64,000 nucleotides of DNA from the human T2T-CHM13v2.0 reference genome, Homo sapiens. This document shows, piece by piece, positions 27,721 through 40,091 of this stretch. The notes beneath the pieces are model-generated. The model was not told the DNA's origin. It saw only the letters and a list, made by a program, of their open reading frames with translations, and did not search any database. Numbering within the stretch: position 1 is the stretch's first letter; each line of letters starts with the position of its first letter. The position numbers and the translations under genes were made by a program. Location: the NCBI RefSeq assembly GCF_009914755.1, contig NC_060931.1, one strand, 5' to 3'.

Positions 27721-30700
27721 TCAGGCATTACCTTGATGCCCACTTCACAGGTGAGGAATCAAGCTCAGAAAAGGGCAGCGATTTGTCCAAGGCCAGTGGG
27801 GAGCAGGCGTTAGAACCCTGGGGTCGGTCCTGCCTCGTGTCACCCACCTGCCCAGGCCTGCAGCCACAGGCTATGGCCCCCGCTGACAGGACTCTGGATG
27901 GGGCCCCCGGGGTCCTGGCTGGAATGCTGACTGGGGATGAAGGAGGCCTAAAGGGTGTTTGGGATCCAGCAGCCCCTCCACCGTATCCCAGCTCTGGAGG
28001 CCCCTGGGCCCTGTGTCCCCAAGGACTCTATGTTCCCCGGAGCTGGGGCGCCAGCAGTAGCCTGGTGTGCAGAGCACTGTGGTCAGCACCGCCCTCACCA
28101 GGCCCCTGCGTTTTCCATCTTAGGGAGGGCGCATGGCTGCCTCCTGGCTCCCTCCCCTCCCAGGGCCCGTCTCCCTACTATAGGATGAGTGCCCGAGGAG
28201 CCCTCTGTGTGTCAGGCCTGTCCCCTGTGCCCCCCGAGGCTTGCAGGCTCCTACAGGCCTGGCTTCACAGCAGGAGGACACCAGTGGGAAAAGAGGGCGC
28301 CGGACCCTTCCCTCCGCCTGCCCTGCTGGTGGTCAGCCAGAGCCCTGTGCCCCGCTACAAGTGGATGGGCCCAACTCCTCCCCACCGCTCAAGACCCAGC
28401 CCGCCATGCCACCTTCCCTCAACAGCCCTTCCTAACTTCCACAGAGAGGGTGCCCACCACACCCTGGCGGAGGCCTACTGGGGTCCAACCCTGAGTCCCC
28501 CGTGAGCCCAGCAGGGCCCGCCATGGGGTGTCCTTTTGGGCCTGGCCCAGTGAGGGGGTTTGGAAAGAACTGGGACGTCCAGTTCTGCCTGCCCATGCTC
28601 AGCTTCCTACAGGCCACTTCCCAGGACAGAGGGGCTGCTGTCCCCAGAGGAGGCTTCAGCCATACCCTTCTCTTCAGAAGCACCTGGAATGACCCCAACC
28701 GCTGGCTGGGCCTGGGCCTAATTGGGTCAGGGGTCTGGGTTGCTCTGAGGAAGGGAGCTGGGGGAGGCCCAGGCCCCCCAAGCAGCTCCTGCCCTGCACC
28801 CTACCTGCCACATGACCTCGGGCCACTGTCTGGGCTTCCCGGGGTGAATGGGGGAGACACCTCATGGGGAGACCTGCACTCCTGCTGCCGAGGGCGCTCA
28901 GGCCCCAGGTGCCCACACTCAGCCTGTGGCTGCCACCGTCTGGCCTGTTTGAAGGTCAGGGTCCATCCCCAGCCAGAGCTGAAAATGAAACCCAGAAGCA
29001 CTTGTTTTGAGACTGAAGCAGCAAGTGAGCTTGTCACTATGGCATCCCCCGGCCCCGCCCCGTCCCCGCCTGGAGAAGGCAGCCCGGGACTGCCGGGAAC
29101 CACTGGGAGGGGCTGGGACCCTGCCTGGCCTGGCTCAGACATACTCCTGGGCCTCCCTCCACTCCTGAAAGGAAGGGAACTGTGGAGTCTGGGCTGGACC
29201 CTCTGAGTCCTGGGCTCTAGTGGTCACCCTGGGCGAGGGGCTCACAGCCACAGCCACACAGGAAGGTGCTGATCCCAGATCCTCCACTGTTCCAGAACAG
29301 ACGGCCCGGGACCTGCCAGCAGCCACCCAGTGGCACAGGGGTCCTGCTGGGTGCCCCACACGGCTGGTTCCCAGGGTCCCTGGGCCCAGTGGCCGTGGTG
29401 AGGAACTTGGGGAGCCGGAGGGAGGGAGAGGCCAGGCGTGGATCGTGGCCTGACCCAGGGCTCCCTGGTCCATCTCGCAGCCCCCTGTCCAACCTGGGGT
29501 CGGCACCATCATTCCAACACCCACACTTCTGCTCACACCGGCCCCTGCCAGGTGCCCGCCGCAGGCACAGATTCCAGTCTACCCATTTCTCTGTCCAGGC
29601 GCAGTCAAGTTTCCCTCTCAGGCGTCTTCCCCATCTTTCCCAGCACAGATCGCAGAGGCCTCTCACCTCTGGGACACAGAACCTGGGGTCCACCCCGGCA
29701 GCCAAGGCCAGACATGCCCCCTGGGGCTCCCCTTATGGTGGGGACAGGCCTGGGACACCCTCTAGAGGTTATGGAAGCCCTTGGCCAGGTAGAGGCTAAG
29801 TTTGCCCCACGGGTGCCACAATTGTCAGCCCTAAGGCCCTGGGCCAGGCAGAGACTGTTTGCCCCACGGGTGTCGTAATTGTGAGCCACCAAGGCCCCGG
29901 GCCCTGGGATCATCACCCTGGGGTGGGTGGGTGGGGTCTCAGGCACGCCTGGCACATCCTGGCCCCAATTGGCACACACACCAGAGCCGATACCCCTCAC
30001 CTGAGCCCTTGCCACCCGCCAGGCCAGCTACTTCCCCCGGATGCCTCTGCTTAGCTTAACCTCTGCTGCCTCCTGGGCGGGAGTGAACACAGGCCCAGGC
30101 AGCAAGAGGCCCAGAGGGTCCCAGGCCCCAGGATCAGGGCCCTGCCCTCAGCACCCTCCCCATCCTCCTTCCCCATGCCTGGTCCACGACCCCAGCCAAC
30201 GTCCTGGGGCTCTACCTGTCACAGGCTGCTCTGAGCCAGATACACGCACCCCCATGAAGGGCCCAGGCTTGCACCCAGCTGGGACACACGGACTGGCCTC
30301 CGGGCCTGGCAGCAGTGTCCTTCCCTTTCCCTGTCCTCAACCCAGGCACTGGATTCTGGGCCCACAGAGCTCGGACCTCCCTCCCTCCCTGATCAGACCC
30401 TGAGGCGGGCAGGCCTCGGCTGGAAGGACCCCCACCCCGCAGCCTGGCTGGAGTGATGTCAGGAGAGCAGAGGACCAGAGGCTGGCGAGGCTGCAGCAGG
30501 CTCCGGACTGTGGGGTGTGGAAAGCCAACCTGGAGGAGGTTCCCCAGGAGCCCACAGAGGGTGTAACATCGGGTAAGGGTGGCTCCTGGCTGGAGGGGAT
30601 GCGGCGACACAGCTGGGGTGTTGCACCTGGGGAGAAGGGTCGGGATCCCGAAGGTGTGGACTGGCAAAGGCCCCACATCCAGGCCCGTGAGAGGCAGCCT

Positions 30701-32423
30701 GGCCCTCAGGAGGCTGGGGTTTGGGTGTGGGGCATACAGCAGGCACTGGGGCCGGAGGGCTTGGTGGGCCCGTGCTCACTCGGTCTCAGATGAGATCGGG
30801 TCATGTCCCCGCCAAGCCCTAGCACGCTTCTGTCCTCTAAGACTCGGATGGACACGGGCCCTGACGTTGATCCCTGAGCCGGCACAGCCTGCACACACCC
30901 ACCCCGTATGAGGATGCCTCCCTGCATCCACGCCCCACCCCTGGGGGCTGGGGAGGCATCCACATCCCTGCCCTGCATCTGCTGAGCCTCCAGGGCCCTT
31001 TCCCACTGCACAAACCTTGGGCCCTGCTTCCACTCAGCCCAGCCCCACCCTGGGGCAGCCCATGGCTCCAGGGCCCCAGGGCTCAAATCTCGGCCCTGCC
31101 CCTTATCCGCGCAGAGGTAGGAGAGCCAACCACAGAGCAGGAAGGGCCTCACCCCACACCCCGGCCTGTTAGGCCTCCTCACTGCTGTCCCTGTCCCTAA
31201 CCCTAACACACATTCAGACCCAGGGCAGAGGTGCCCGCACCAAGGGCCTGAAGGCAACGCACTAAGGGCAAGGGTGGGGGAGGGCGGCCGCGCACAGCTG
31301 GGATGGAGGCGGCTCAGCGGCCCATGGGCCTCCAAGTCACTCCCAGAGCAGCCTCCCAGTCCCCCGGAGCCACAGGAGCCAGCTGTGGACAGGCACGCCT
31401 GGTGACAGACCCGGCACTGGCTCACCCCACCCGGGACCTGGTCCCCGGCCCTGTGCAGCCTGGAAGAATCCGAGGGTGGGCAGGCGGGTGCAGGAGTGCC
31501 CAGGGGCCCGGGCAGGTGGTGCAGGTGTGCAGGCCAGGGGCTGGGCGGGAGGCTGTGGGCCTGGAGCCCAGCTGCCCCCTTGCTGGGTGCTGTTGCGGGG
31601 CATCCCCCAAGGCCACAGCATCACTAGAACCTTGAGGCCTCGCGCCACCTGGGCTTGCAGGAGGGCCTGGGTCAGCTTCTTAGCCACAGCGGCTGGGGTG
31701 GAGGGCAGCCGGGGCCTGGCTGACCTGGGAGCACTCATGGGGAACCGGGAGAGCACGGGTCCCATCTGTGTGCTGGAAAGACCCCGGTGCAGCGAGGACA
31801 GAGGGGTGGGCGGCTCTAACCCCAACCTGGCTGGGAGGGAGGAGAGTGCACTGCGGGCCAGCAAACAGGGCCCCATGCCAAGCTCCGCCCCGCATGCACT
31901 AGGACCCTCCCAGACCCTCCCCTGGGAGCTGGTGCCTGCAAAGGCAGGACGAGCAGCACCACCGGCTACTCGGACTCTTCTGGAATGGGACCCCAACTCA
32001 GCTCCCACAGAGGGACGCCCACAGTTGAGGCTCTCAGGGCCTTGTTGATCCTTTTAGTGCAGGAGAGAGAGACCAGTCAGCTGGGCCAGTCCCCCACGCA
32101 GCCTGACAAGGCCGGACTCACTCAACAGAGGCCGACCCCGTGGGCAGAGGACTTGAGGCCCGGCAGGGCCCAGGGCCGGCACTCGACAGGGAGACCATGA
32201 CGCGGGGCGGGGGCGGCCAAGTGGGCAGCATCCCCCGACCCTCAACACCTGCGGGAACTGCTGGCCCAAGGGAGAGCCCAGCCTGGCCCTGGTCTCCACC
32301 ACCCCGGACCCTGCTCAACTCCCTGCACTGTGGGGCTGGGAAGCCAAGGCCAGGGTCCTTGAGGCTCTCACTGGCCAGAGGGCGACATGGGACACCAGAG
32401 AGCACACAGACAGTTCAGGTCGT

Positions 32424-32429
32424 TTCATT
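32424..32429 (-). terminator. INTS1: Candidate variant polyadenylation signal AATGAA of INTS1
   Basis: AATGAAA about 280 nt after stop, followed by GU-rich CTGTCTGTGTGCTCTCTGGTGT; no AATAAA seen nearby. Confidence 0.55.
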
Positions 32430-32708
32430 CAAAACCAGCCCAGGCCATGCCCGGGGGGATCCGCCGCTCCGCGGCAGGGCTGTGGCCCAGAAGGTGAATG
32501 AGGGCTTGCTGGACGGCCCCTGATGCCAGCGGCCGGCCCGGAGCCACCCCAGGGCTCGGAGTATTGCTCCTGGGCCTGCCTGGCCTCAGGGCTCGGCGCC
32601 CTCACCTCCTCGGACAGACCAGCAACGCCCACGCTTCCTGGGCTTTGCCTCGAGGATCCCCGGGGACGGGACGGGCCGGGGCTTGGAGGGGGGTCGGCTG
32701 CCACAGGC

Positions 32709-32824
32709 TCACATCACGGCCTCCATATGCAGGATCCTCAGGGCCTCGGAGATCTGCGCGCTGGGGTCCATCTGGCCGTACATGCCCACCAGGAAGGCCC
32801 GGTGGAGCAGCACAGCCGCGTGCT
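32709..32824 (-). CDS. INTS1: INTS1 exon 48 (terminal, stop TGA)
   Basis: EHAAVLLHRAFLVGMYGQMDPSAQISEALRILHMEAVM*. Confidence 0.95.
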
Positions 32825-32977
32825 CTGTGGGGGAAACGGGGCCCTGCACGTCACGCTGGCCACAACATCCTGGCCGCAGTGACCAGACCTCGGGACTCCC
32901 AAGAGCCAGCCCTCGGGGGACGCACCTCCGGCCTCCCCGAGGGCTGCCAGGGCCCTGGGCGGGGGGCCAGTCCTCAC

Positions 32978-33087
32978 CTTGGCACAGGAGAGCGTACTCA
33001 GGCAGGTTCCGGAGGGCCGTCTGCACCACCTCAAAGTCCTGGCTGCCCAGGCAGTACATGAACGTGGGCAGGAAAGCGGCTGCAATG
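32978..33087 (-). CDS. INTS1: INTS1 exon 47
   Basis: IAAAFLPTFMYCLGSQDFEVVQTALRNLPEYALLCQ; AG/GT. Confidence 0.95.
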
Positions 33088-33264
33088 CTGAAAGACCCAC
33101 ACACTTCAGTGGGAACCTCCACCCTGTGCCCACGCCAGACCCCCACCCGACAGGGCGAGCTGAGCCGCCTGGAAGCCTGGTCTGGCCACCAGGCGGGTCA
33201 AGCGGTGACCTGGGTTAGCAGGGCCCAGCGGTGGCGGCGGGACAGAGGCCGGCGGTGGCCTCAC

Positions 33265-33356
33265 CTGGGGCTGTTCTGCATGGAGCGCAGGGCCAGGCTG
33301 AAGGCGAGGTTGCGGCAACACTCCTCGGCCGAGCTCATCAGCCGCTGCAGGTTGGT
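33265..33356 (-). CDS. INTS1: INTS1 exon 46
   Basis: TNLQRLMSSAEECCRNLAFSLALRSMQNSP; AG/GT. Confidence 0.94.
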
Positions 33357-33702
33357 CTGACCGGGGGAAAGGTGGGAGGTGTGTGACCAAGGGGTCCAGC
33401 CCCCATCAAGGCCCCTTCACCTCTTGGTCTCGTGATGGTTGGCGGCAACGGCAGGGACCCTAGGCCCCTATCCAGAAGGCAGGACGCACGTGCCACTGGC
33501 CGGTCCCAGCCCGGGGCTGAAGGCAGGCCTGCTCTGGCGGCGGCTTGACTGTGAACACCTGGGCTGGGGCCCCCACCCGAAGCCCAGCCTCAGAGGACTC
33601 CCTGGGGCTCAGCGCGGGCACGCCATGTTGGGGTGGTGGCCCTGCTGGGGTTCCCCAAGGGAGTGGCTCCTCCCAGCTCTCCCTCAGCCCCATCCAGCTC
33701 AC

Positions 33703-33773
33703 CGAGAAGAAGCTCAGGATCTCGGGTCTCCGCCGGGACATCTCGTCTATGTCACTCAGAACCTCCAGCAGAT
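33703..33773 (-). CDS. INTS1: INTS1 exon 45
   Basis: DLLEVLSDIDEMSRRRPEILSFFS; AG/GT. Confidence 0.94.
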
Positions 33774-34404
33774 CTGACACAGAGAGAGGGCCAGACCAGA
33801 ACTGAAGGGCCCAGGCAGACCTCTGCCCACCCCACCCCAGCCACCCAGAGGGGGCAAGGCCCCGAGCACCACAGGACAGAAAGCACTGGAAAGCATGAGC
33901 CCAGTGACGCCCCAGGCAGTCACCTGCCCCCAAGCTCCACAAATACCCGGCCCTGCCCCTACTAGTGGCCTCCAAGGAGAGGGGTTGACCCCTCACGGCG
34001 GCCCCATATCCAGGGTGCTCTTAGCACCAAGTGTCCCCACGGCCCGACTCCATCCGGGCCGCTCAGCCTTGGCTGTCCTCTGACGGCGGCCACCGGTACT
34101 GCCCACCCGCTGGTCTTGCCCACCCGCCTGACCTCTTCCTGCTGTACCCCCACCACCTTAGGGGGCTCCCCTGCTTTTTGCTGTGCCTGAAGCAGAGCAG
34201 CCACCTCCAGCTCCCCTGGGCCCCTGAGTTTCTAAGGCCCTCTCTGGGGGTGCTCCCCACTGTGAGGAACAGCCCACCCACCCACAGCCCAGCGTGGGCC
34301 AGGCTCACGCCAAAGTCAGTGCCCAAATGGCTACTGGCTGCTGCCCGCAGCCCCATGGGACCCAGGGCGCTGACCTGGCGTGGGTGAAGCAGGGCCTGAC
34401 TCAC

Positions 34405-34518
34405 CCTCCACCGTTTGGCCCCGGGAAAGCCGTTTCATGTAGGGGGCCATCTCGGCCGCGGTCAGAGGGGTGAACAGGGAGACGCTGACCAGGGGCAAGG
34501 AGCCGGCTGAGCTCTCCT
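34405..34518 (-). CDS. INTS1: INTS1 exon 44
   Basis: ESSAGSLPLVSVSLFTPLTAAEMAPYMKRLSRGQTVE; AG/GT. Confidence 0.93.
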
Positions 34519-35203
34519 CTGGAAGACAGTGGCAGTGCTGCAGGAGGGCGGGAGCGGCAGGACGTGCCACACTGAGGCACCAGGACCTGCCCTCCCGAGA
34601 GCACGGCGGCCACTGCCCAGGCTCCCAAGGTGCCTGCACACAGCAGCGCTCCACAAATGGGGTGGAGCCAGGAGCCGGGAGCTGCCTTTGGATCCGGCGC
34701 ATGCACCTCTGCGAGTCTCTCCCTGCTGGGTTTCTCGCAATGTGGGCCAGGACCCACTGGGCACAAGACGGGATGGCCCCTTGGGACCCGGGCCTGGCGC
34801 TCTTCCGGCGGCACAGGAGAGACGTGCTGCGGTGCCGTGTCACCTCAGGCAGGGAAAAACCAAGGACAAGCCTTGCCCAGTAGGACCAGGGGAGGCTTCC
34901 TGGGGAGGGACACCTCGGACAAGCACTGGTGGATGGTGGATGTGCCAGGGACGGGGGGGTGGGGAGGGCCATTTGCCGGGGCGGGGCGATGTGCCGGGGG
35001 GCAGGTGTGCTGATGCTCTGTCAGGCACCAGTCAGTGCTTCGTCCCCTTGAGGTGGGTCAGGGGCCAGCCAGCAAGGTCCCAGGCTCACACAGCCCCCAT
35101 CGGGACGCCTCGGACGGCCCAGGGCTGGCTGTGCGCTGGGAAAACCAGGCCCTGTAGGACTGTTCCGCAGCTGCTTCCAGCAGCCCCTGGCAGCCCCACT
35201 CAC

Positions 35204-35316
35204 CCTCGCCCTCTTCGTCCAGGCCTCGGTCGGTCCTGTCGTCCCTGCTGGGCAGGCTGAGCCCTGCAAGGAGGGATTTCAGCATCACCAGGTCACTGTT
35301 GTCGAAGGACAGGTCG
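35204..35316 (-). CDS. INTS1: INTS1 exon 43
   Basis: DLSFDNSDLVMLKSLLAGLSLPSRDDRTDRGLDEEGE; AG/GT. Confidence 0.93.
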
Positions 35317-35697
35317 CTGGGGAGAGAAGATGCTTTCACCTGGGAGGAAGACGCTGGCAGGAGGAAGGCTGGGTCAGGGGTCAAACTAGGGTGGCATGGG
35401 AGCGTGTGGACACAGGCATGCAGGAGAGGCCAGGACGCTCAGAGGGAGGGCCGGGCGGGGAAGCCACATGTGCGTGGAACGGGACAGAGAGCCAGAGAGC
35501 TGCAGGGGTGGGTTCAGACGGCTTCGGCACAGGGTGGGGCGGCCTCTGCGCCCTGGGATGAGCACCACGCTCAGCAGCCCTCCCCGGCCTCAGGAGCAGC
35601 ATATCTGACATGACACGGCCTTCCCAGGAACACCCTCCAGACCCCGCTGGACCCTCGCCGGAGGCCCGAGGCTTCCCTGCAGCCCGTGGGCACTCAC

Positions 35698-35825
35698 TGG
35701 AGCGGGTCGGCGTGCTTCTGCAGGAAGGAGATGGCTGCTGGGGCATTGTAGGTAATGTACTTATGGATGAACTGCACAAACTTGTTGATGAAGGCAGCCA
35801 GATGGCGGGAGGACTTCCTGTAATT
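35698..35825 (-). CDS. INTS1: INTS1 exon 42
   Basis: NYRKSSRHLAAFINKFVQFIHKYITYNAPAAISFLQKHADPL; AG/GT. Confidence 0.95.
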
Positions 35826-36299
35826 CTGCAAAGCAAAAGCGGCACCCTCGAGCTGCTCTGCCCCGCAGGGCCAAAACAGAGCCTGTGCTCCCATCTGCTC
35901 CCAGAGCCTCAGGGCATGGACCCCACAGCCAACGAGCCCCCTCTGCCAACCACTGGGGCGTCACAGGCCCAAGGGTGGCCGGCATGGCCTGTCAGGGTGT
36001 GGACATGGCTGTCTGGGGCATGTGCCCAGATGGATGAGGGGCTCGAGGTAGCACAAGCGACACGCAGAGAACAGCACGGAGGGTCTGGGCTGGGCTTCTG
36101 AAGGACGTGGGCCCCCCAGGCACGTGAGGGGCAGCAGGCAGGGGCTTCCCAGGGTGGGAGCTGGTCCCCAGGGCAGGTGGCCTGGCCTGGGCCCTGGCTG
36201 CAGAGGTCCTCCCAGTCCCTCCGCGAGTGGGTGAGGCAGGCCTGGGCCAGAGCAGAGGGAGTGGAAGGGAGCGCGAGGGCGGGCGGCGGGAGCACACAC

Positions 36300-36492
36300 C
36301 AGCAGCAGGCGGATGAAGGACAGAAGGCAGTCCCACAGCGCCCCCTGGTGCTCGCTGCGGAACACGTGCGGCTGCAGCAGCTCCAGCAGGCCCAGCACGT
36401 GCAGGAAGCAGCTCAGGTGGTTCTGCTGCCGGAACTCCTGGAAGTTGAGGTGGGTGCGGCCGTGCAGGAGCGCCGCGATCATGGGCAGGTGC
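36300..36492 (-). CDS. INTS1: INTS1 exon 41
   Basis: HLPMIAALLHGRTHLNFQEFRQQNHL...LSFIRLLL; CTG|GTGTGT donor. Confidence 0.95.
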
Positions 36493-36838
36493 CTGCGGGC
36501 GCGGTGAGGGCCCAGTCAGCCCCGGCCGGCGGGCTCACCTGGCGCACGTCCCCAGGAAGGCCCCACTGCCTGCCCCGGGAGCCAGACCCCGTGCTGCCCC
36601 CCAACACCACCCTCCTGCCCTAAGGAGGTGGGGATGAGATCGCCCCTCTCTGAGGCCCACCCAGCTCCTCCCACCTGAGGCCCAGCTCAGTCCTGACTTC
36701 CCCCGGTCAAGCTCAGCCCATGGGAACATGCTTTTTTTTGTTGTTTTTGGAGTTTTGCTCTTGTTGCCCAGGCTGGAGAGCCGCAGACCCCCCTGGTTAA
36801 ACCAGTGTCTGGCGAGGGCAGGGCTTCTGGGACAGCAC

Positions 36839-36972
36839 CTGAGCAGCAGCAGCGGGTGCGCCACCGCCAGCTTCCGGCAGGCCATGCTGGCATCCGCCCC
36901 TCGGTTCTCCAACGCCCGGGAGTCGCTGGTGTCCGCAAGGAGCGTGATGAAGCGGTGGATGAGTCCGTCCAG
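36839..36972 (-). CDS. INTS1: INTS1 exon 40
   Basis: LDGLIHRFITLLADTSDSRALENRGADASMACRKLAVAHPLLLLR. Confidence 0.95.
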
Positions 36973-37231
36973 CTGCAGGGAGGGGCGCTCTGAGGCCGGG
37001 GCCGCTGGCTCCCCTCACTTGCCCACCCACACTCAGCCTGGCCGCCAGCTGTGGCCGTGATCCACCGCGTGGCACGCCATGAGCAGAGGAACTGGCTCCT
37101 TACGGCTTCCATGAGCACCTCGGGAGGGCAGGCAGGCCACAGCCAGCCTCTGGGAAAACCCCATACAGAATAAAAGCAAAGCTCCACACCAAATGATACA
37201 ATGAGCGGGAAACAAGCCAAAACTACACATC

Positions 37232-37520
37232 GGCCAAGCAGGCGCAGTGGCTCACGCCTGCCATCCCAGCACTCTGTGAGGCCGCGGCAGAAGATCACCA
37301 GAGCCCAGGAGTTCAAGACTAGCCTGGGCAATGAAAATAGCCCTCTCTATTTTCAAAAATACAAAAAGAGTAACTGGGTGTGGTGGCACGTGCCTGTGAT
37401 CCCAGCTACTCGGGAGGCTGAGGTGGGAGGCTCACTTGAGCACAGGGGGTTGAGGCTGCAGTGAGCTATGATGGTACCGCTGCACTCCAGCCTTGGCAAC
37501 AGACACCCTGCCTCAAAAAC
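37232..37520 (+). mobile_element. AluJ-like element
   Basis: ggccaagcaggcgcagtggctcacgcctg...gcactccagcct. Confidence 0.9.
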
Positions 37521-38081
37521 CCTCCACAAAACTGCACATCAAGTGTGATTTCAACAAATAAAATGACATATAAGTGAAAAAAACCACAAGCAGAAATGAT
37601 TAGAGAAAGTCAGCTGCCCTCTGTGGTACCAGCAGAAGACAGGCTGCAGGTTCCGGCCTGCGGTGGGGAAGCGGGTACGGGAGGCCCAGCTCTCCCCACC
37701 AGGGTCACTGGAGAGGAGCAGACGCAGCCGTCCGCCAAGACCCGGGCACGAGTCCCCAGCAGCTGTCACTGCCCCAAACTGAACGTGACCCCACGTCCAC
37801 CAGCAGGTGAACAGATAAACCAACGGCCGATCCACACAATGGCAGGCCACCCAGTGCCCACAACACCACGACTCTCCAGACTGTGCGAGCAGAGCACCCG
37901 CAAGCTCCCTCGGTATAAAACTCAACGCAGACAAACCCACAGGGCCACAGGGCGGCGCGGACTGGGAAGGGGCAAGAGGGGTAGCCGGCGATGGCCATGT
38001 ACACTGTGGCCTCCGCCCTCCCTCCCTGCCCGGCCAGGGCACCTGGGACGGCGGCGGGGAGCGGCAGAGTTGCGCCCTCAC

Positions 38082-38205
38082 CTTGCAGACGCTGCTGCTG
38101 GCAGCCCCTTCGCTGTGCAGTAGGACCTCAGGCACGGGCACCCGCAGCTCCGGCCGCTGTAGGTAGAGCTGCAGGAGAAGGTCTCGGCAGCGCCTGCCCA
38201 GCACG
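38082..38205 (-). CDS. INTS1: INTS1 exon 39
   Basis: VLGRRCRDLLLQLYLQRPELRVPVPEVLLHSEGAASSSVCK. Confidence 0.95.
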
Positions 38206-38362
38206 CTGGAAGAGGTGGAGCAGGGCTCACCAGGCGGACGGGGCCCCAGTGACAGGGGTGGGTGGACGGGACCAGGCGTGATGGGAACCCACCCAGGGCT
38301 GGGCCTCGACCCCCTCCATGGCTCACTCCCAGGCAGCATCTGGGGCCGGGGGGCCTGAGCAC

Positions 38363-38589
38363 CTGTCTCCCCACTGCTGGATGCAGCCTGACAGGTGCTC
38401 CGTCACCTTCCTGACACTCTCATCGTCCCCACAGCAGCAGCTGAGCAGCAGGGGCAGCCGGGCCTGGATGAGGCTGCAGGCGGCTGTGTCCCCGTCCTGG
38501 CTCCGCGTCTCCGCCTCGGCCAGGATCAGCTCCACCAGGCTGATGAGCTCCGGGCCCTGGACCCGCAGCACCAGCTCCTCCCGCCGCTT
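38363..38589 (-). CDS. INTS1: INTS1 exon 38
   Basis: KRREELVLRVQGPELISLVELILAEAE...IQQWGD. Confidence 0.94.
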
Positions 38590-38627
38590 CTGTAACGGGT
38601 GCCTGCATCAGCCCCGGAGCACCACCG

Positions 38628-38711
38628 CCTCTCCCGGATGGGCCACCCCCTCTCCCGGATGGGCCACCCCCTCTCCCGGATGGGCCACCCCCTCTCCCGG
38701 ATGGGCCACCC
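38628..38711. repeat. 21-bp minisatellite x4 in INTS1 intron 37
   Basis: cctctcccggatgggccaccc. Confidence 0.95.
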
Positions 38712-38724
38712 TCCCAAGACCTGC

Positions 38725-38812
38725 CTGCGGGGTGCGCTGGTCCCGCCCCTGCCAGATGCGAGGAACATGGATGCAGGCCCAGAGGAAGTCCAGAGAGGCA
38801 GAGGGGTCGAAC
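38725..38812 (-). CDS. INTS1: INTS1 exon 37 (GC donor)
   Basis: FDPSASLDFLWACIHVPRIWQGRDQRTPQ; frame only closes with CAG|GCAGGT. Confidence 0.9.
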
Positions 38813-38948
38813 CTGTGGGGAGGCAAAGGTTCCAGAGCACGAGGTGTCTCGTCTCAGCATGGGAGATACCAGTCAGAGCCGGCGCTGGGAGATTTCTGGT
38901 GAAGGCCAGTATGCGCGCAGCCCAGGTTGGGGACAGGGAGGCGCCCAC

Positions 38949-39073
38949 CTCTGTTCCCGGCTCTTGCCCAGCAGGACTCGGATGCACTGGTGCAGTGTGG
39001 GCCAGCTGGACTGATGCGTGAAGAGGGTCAGGAGGTAGGGACGGAACGAGGGCACCTGGGCCTGACCTTTGCC
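38949..39073 (-). CDS. INTS1: INTS1 exon 36
   Basis: GKGQAQVPSFRPYLLTLFTHQSSWPTLHQCIRVLLGKSREQR. Confidence 0.95.
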
Positions 39074-39704
39074 CTGGGGAGGGAGGAAGAAGCCCGGATG
39101 GCCTCACCTGGGCCAATGGCAGGCTCTGCTGAAGTCAGCTGACAGCTTCCCCAATGAGCCACTCAGAGAGCCGAGGCTTGGGGTGCTGCCGGTAACACCG
39201 GCCCCGTCATGGTGCTGGAGGGCCGCTCCTGGTGGCTGCGCTGCATCTCCCCGCCCCTTCCCACGGGAGCCATGCCACACAGCGGAGGTGCCCGGGGCTC
39301 CATGCAGCCTCTCTGGTGAGGCCGTCCCTCCCTGGAGGATGTGGGGAGCCCAGCACCTGCCCTCCCTTCTCCTGGCCACAGCCCCATTCCCTTTGGGAAG
39401 ATGGAGGCCCCTACATGATCTACAGGGTTTGGCAGGGCCGACCCCACCCCATCCACCCACCCCATCCCCACATCTGGCTGGTCACAGTGCTGGTCCACAG
39501 GTGACTGTGACCCTGGCCTGGGTTCTGCTAGGGCCATTGGGGGACCTACCCTTCCTCTGGGTTGCTACAGGGACACATGGCCTGAGAGCAGGGGGGGTGC
39601 TGGGGCCCCTGCAAGGCTCGCCCAGGCCAAGGCTGCTGCACTTCAGGTCAGGAAGAGCCTTTACCCTGGGGTGGGTCCCCGTGCTGAAGCTGGGTGCCAC
39701 CCAC

Positions 39705-39828
39705 CTTCCTCCGGGAGAAGAGCAGCCTGAGCTGCAGGTCGGGGCAGCTGCTGACCACCTCGGGGTCCAGCATTTCCAGCCAGTCCACTAGGAGGCCTGA
39801 CGAGGGCCCCAGCCGCACGGCCTCCAGG
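39705..39828 (-). CDS. INTS1: INTS1 exon 35
   Basis: LEAVRLGPSSGLLVDWLEMLDPEVVSSCPDLQLRLLFSRRK. Confidence 0.95.
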
Positions 39829-39907
39829 CTGCAGGGAGAAGGTGGCTCAGGGAAGGGCTGGTGCCACCCGCCTGCCCACCCTGGCCGTGTGCAGCACCCC
39901 AGCTCAC

Positions 39908-40091
39908 CTGCCACCGTCCGCACCCGGCTTCCCCCCAGCCAGGGGCTCCTCCTCCTGCAGCAGCAGGGAGCTCACCACCACAACGGGCTTACAGGCTGGA
40001 AACGGGGAGGCAGCATCCGCAGTGGCAGAGAAGAATGCAGTCAGCAGCTCCTCCAGGTGGGGGGACCTCACCTCGATCAGCCCCTGGAGGA
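39908..40091 (-). CDS. INTS1: INTS1 exon 34
   Basis: VLQGLIEVRSPHLEELLTAFFSATADAASPF...KPGADGG. Confidence 0.93.
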
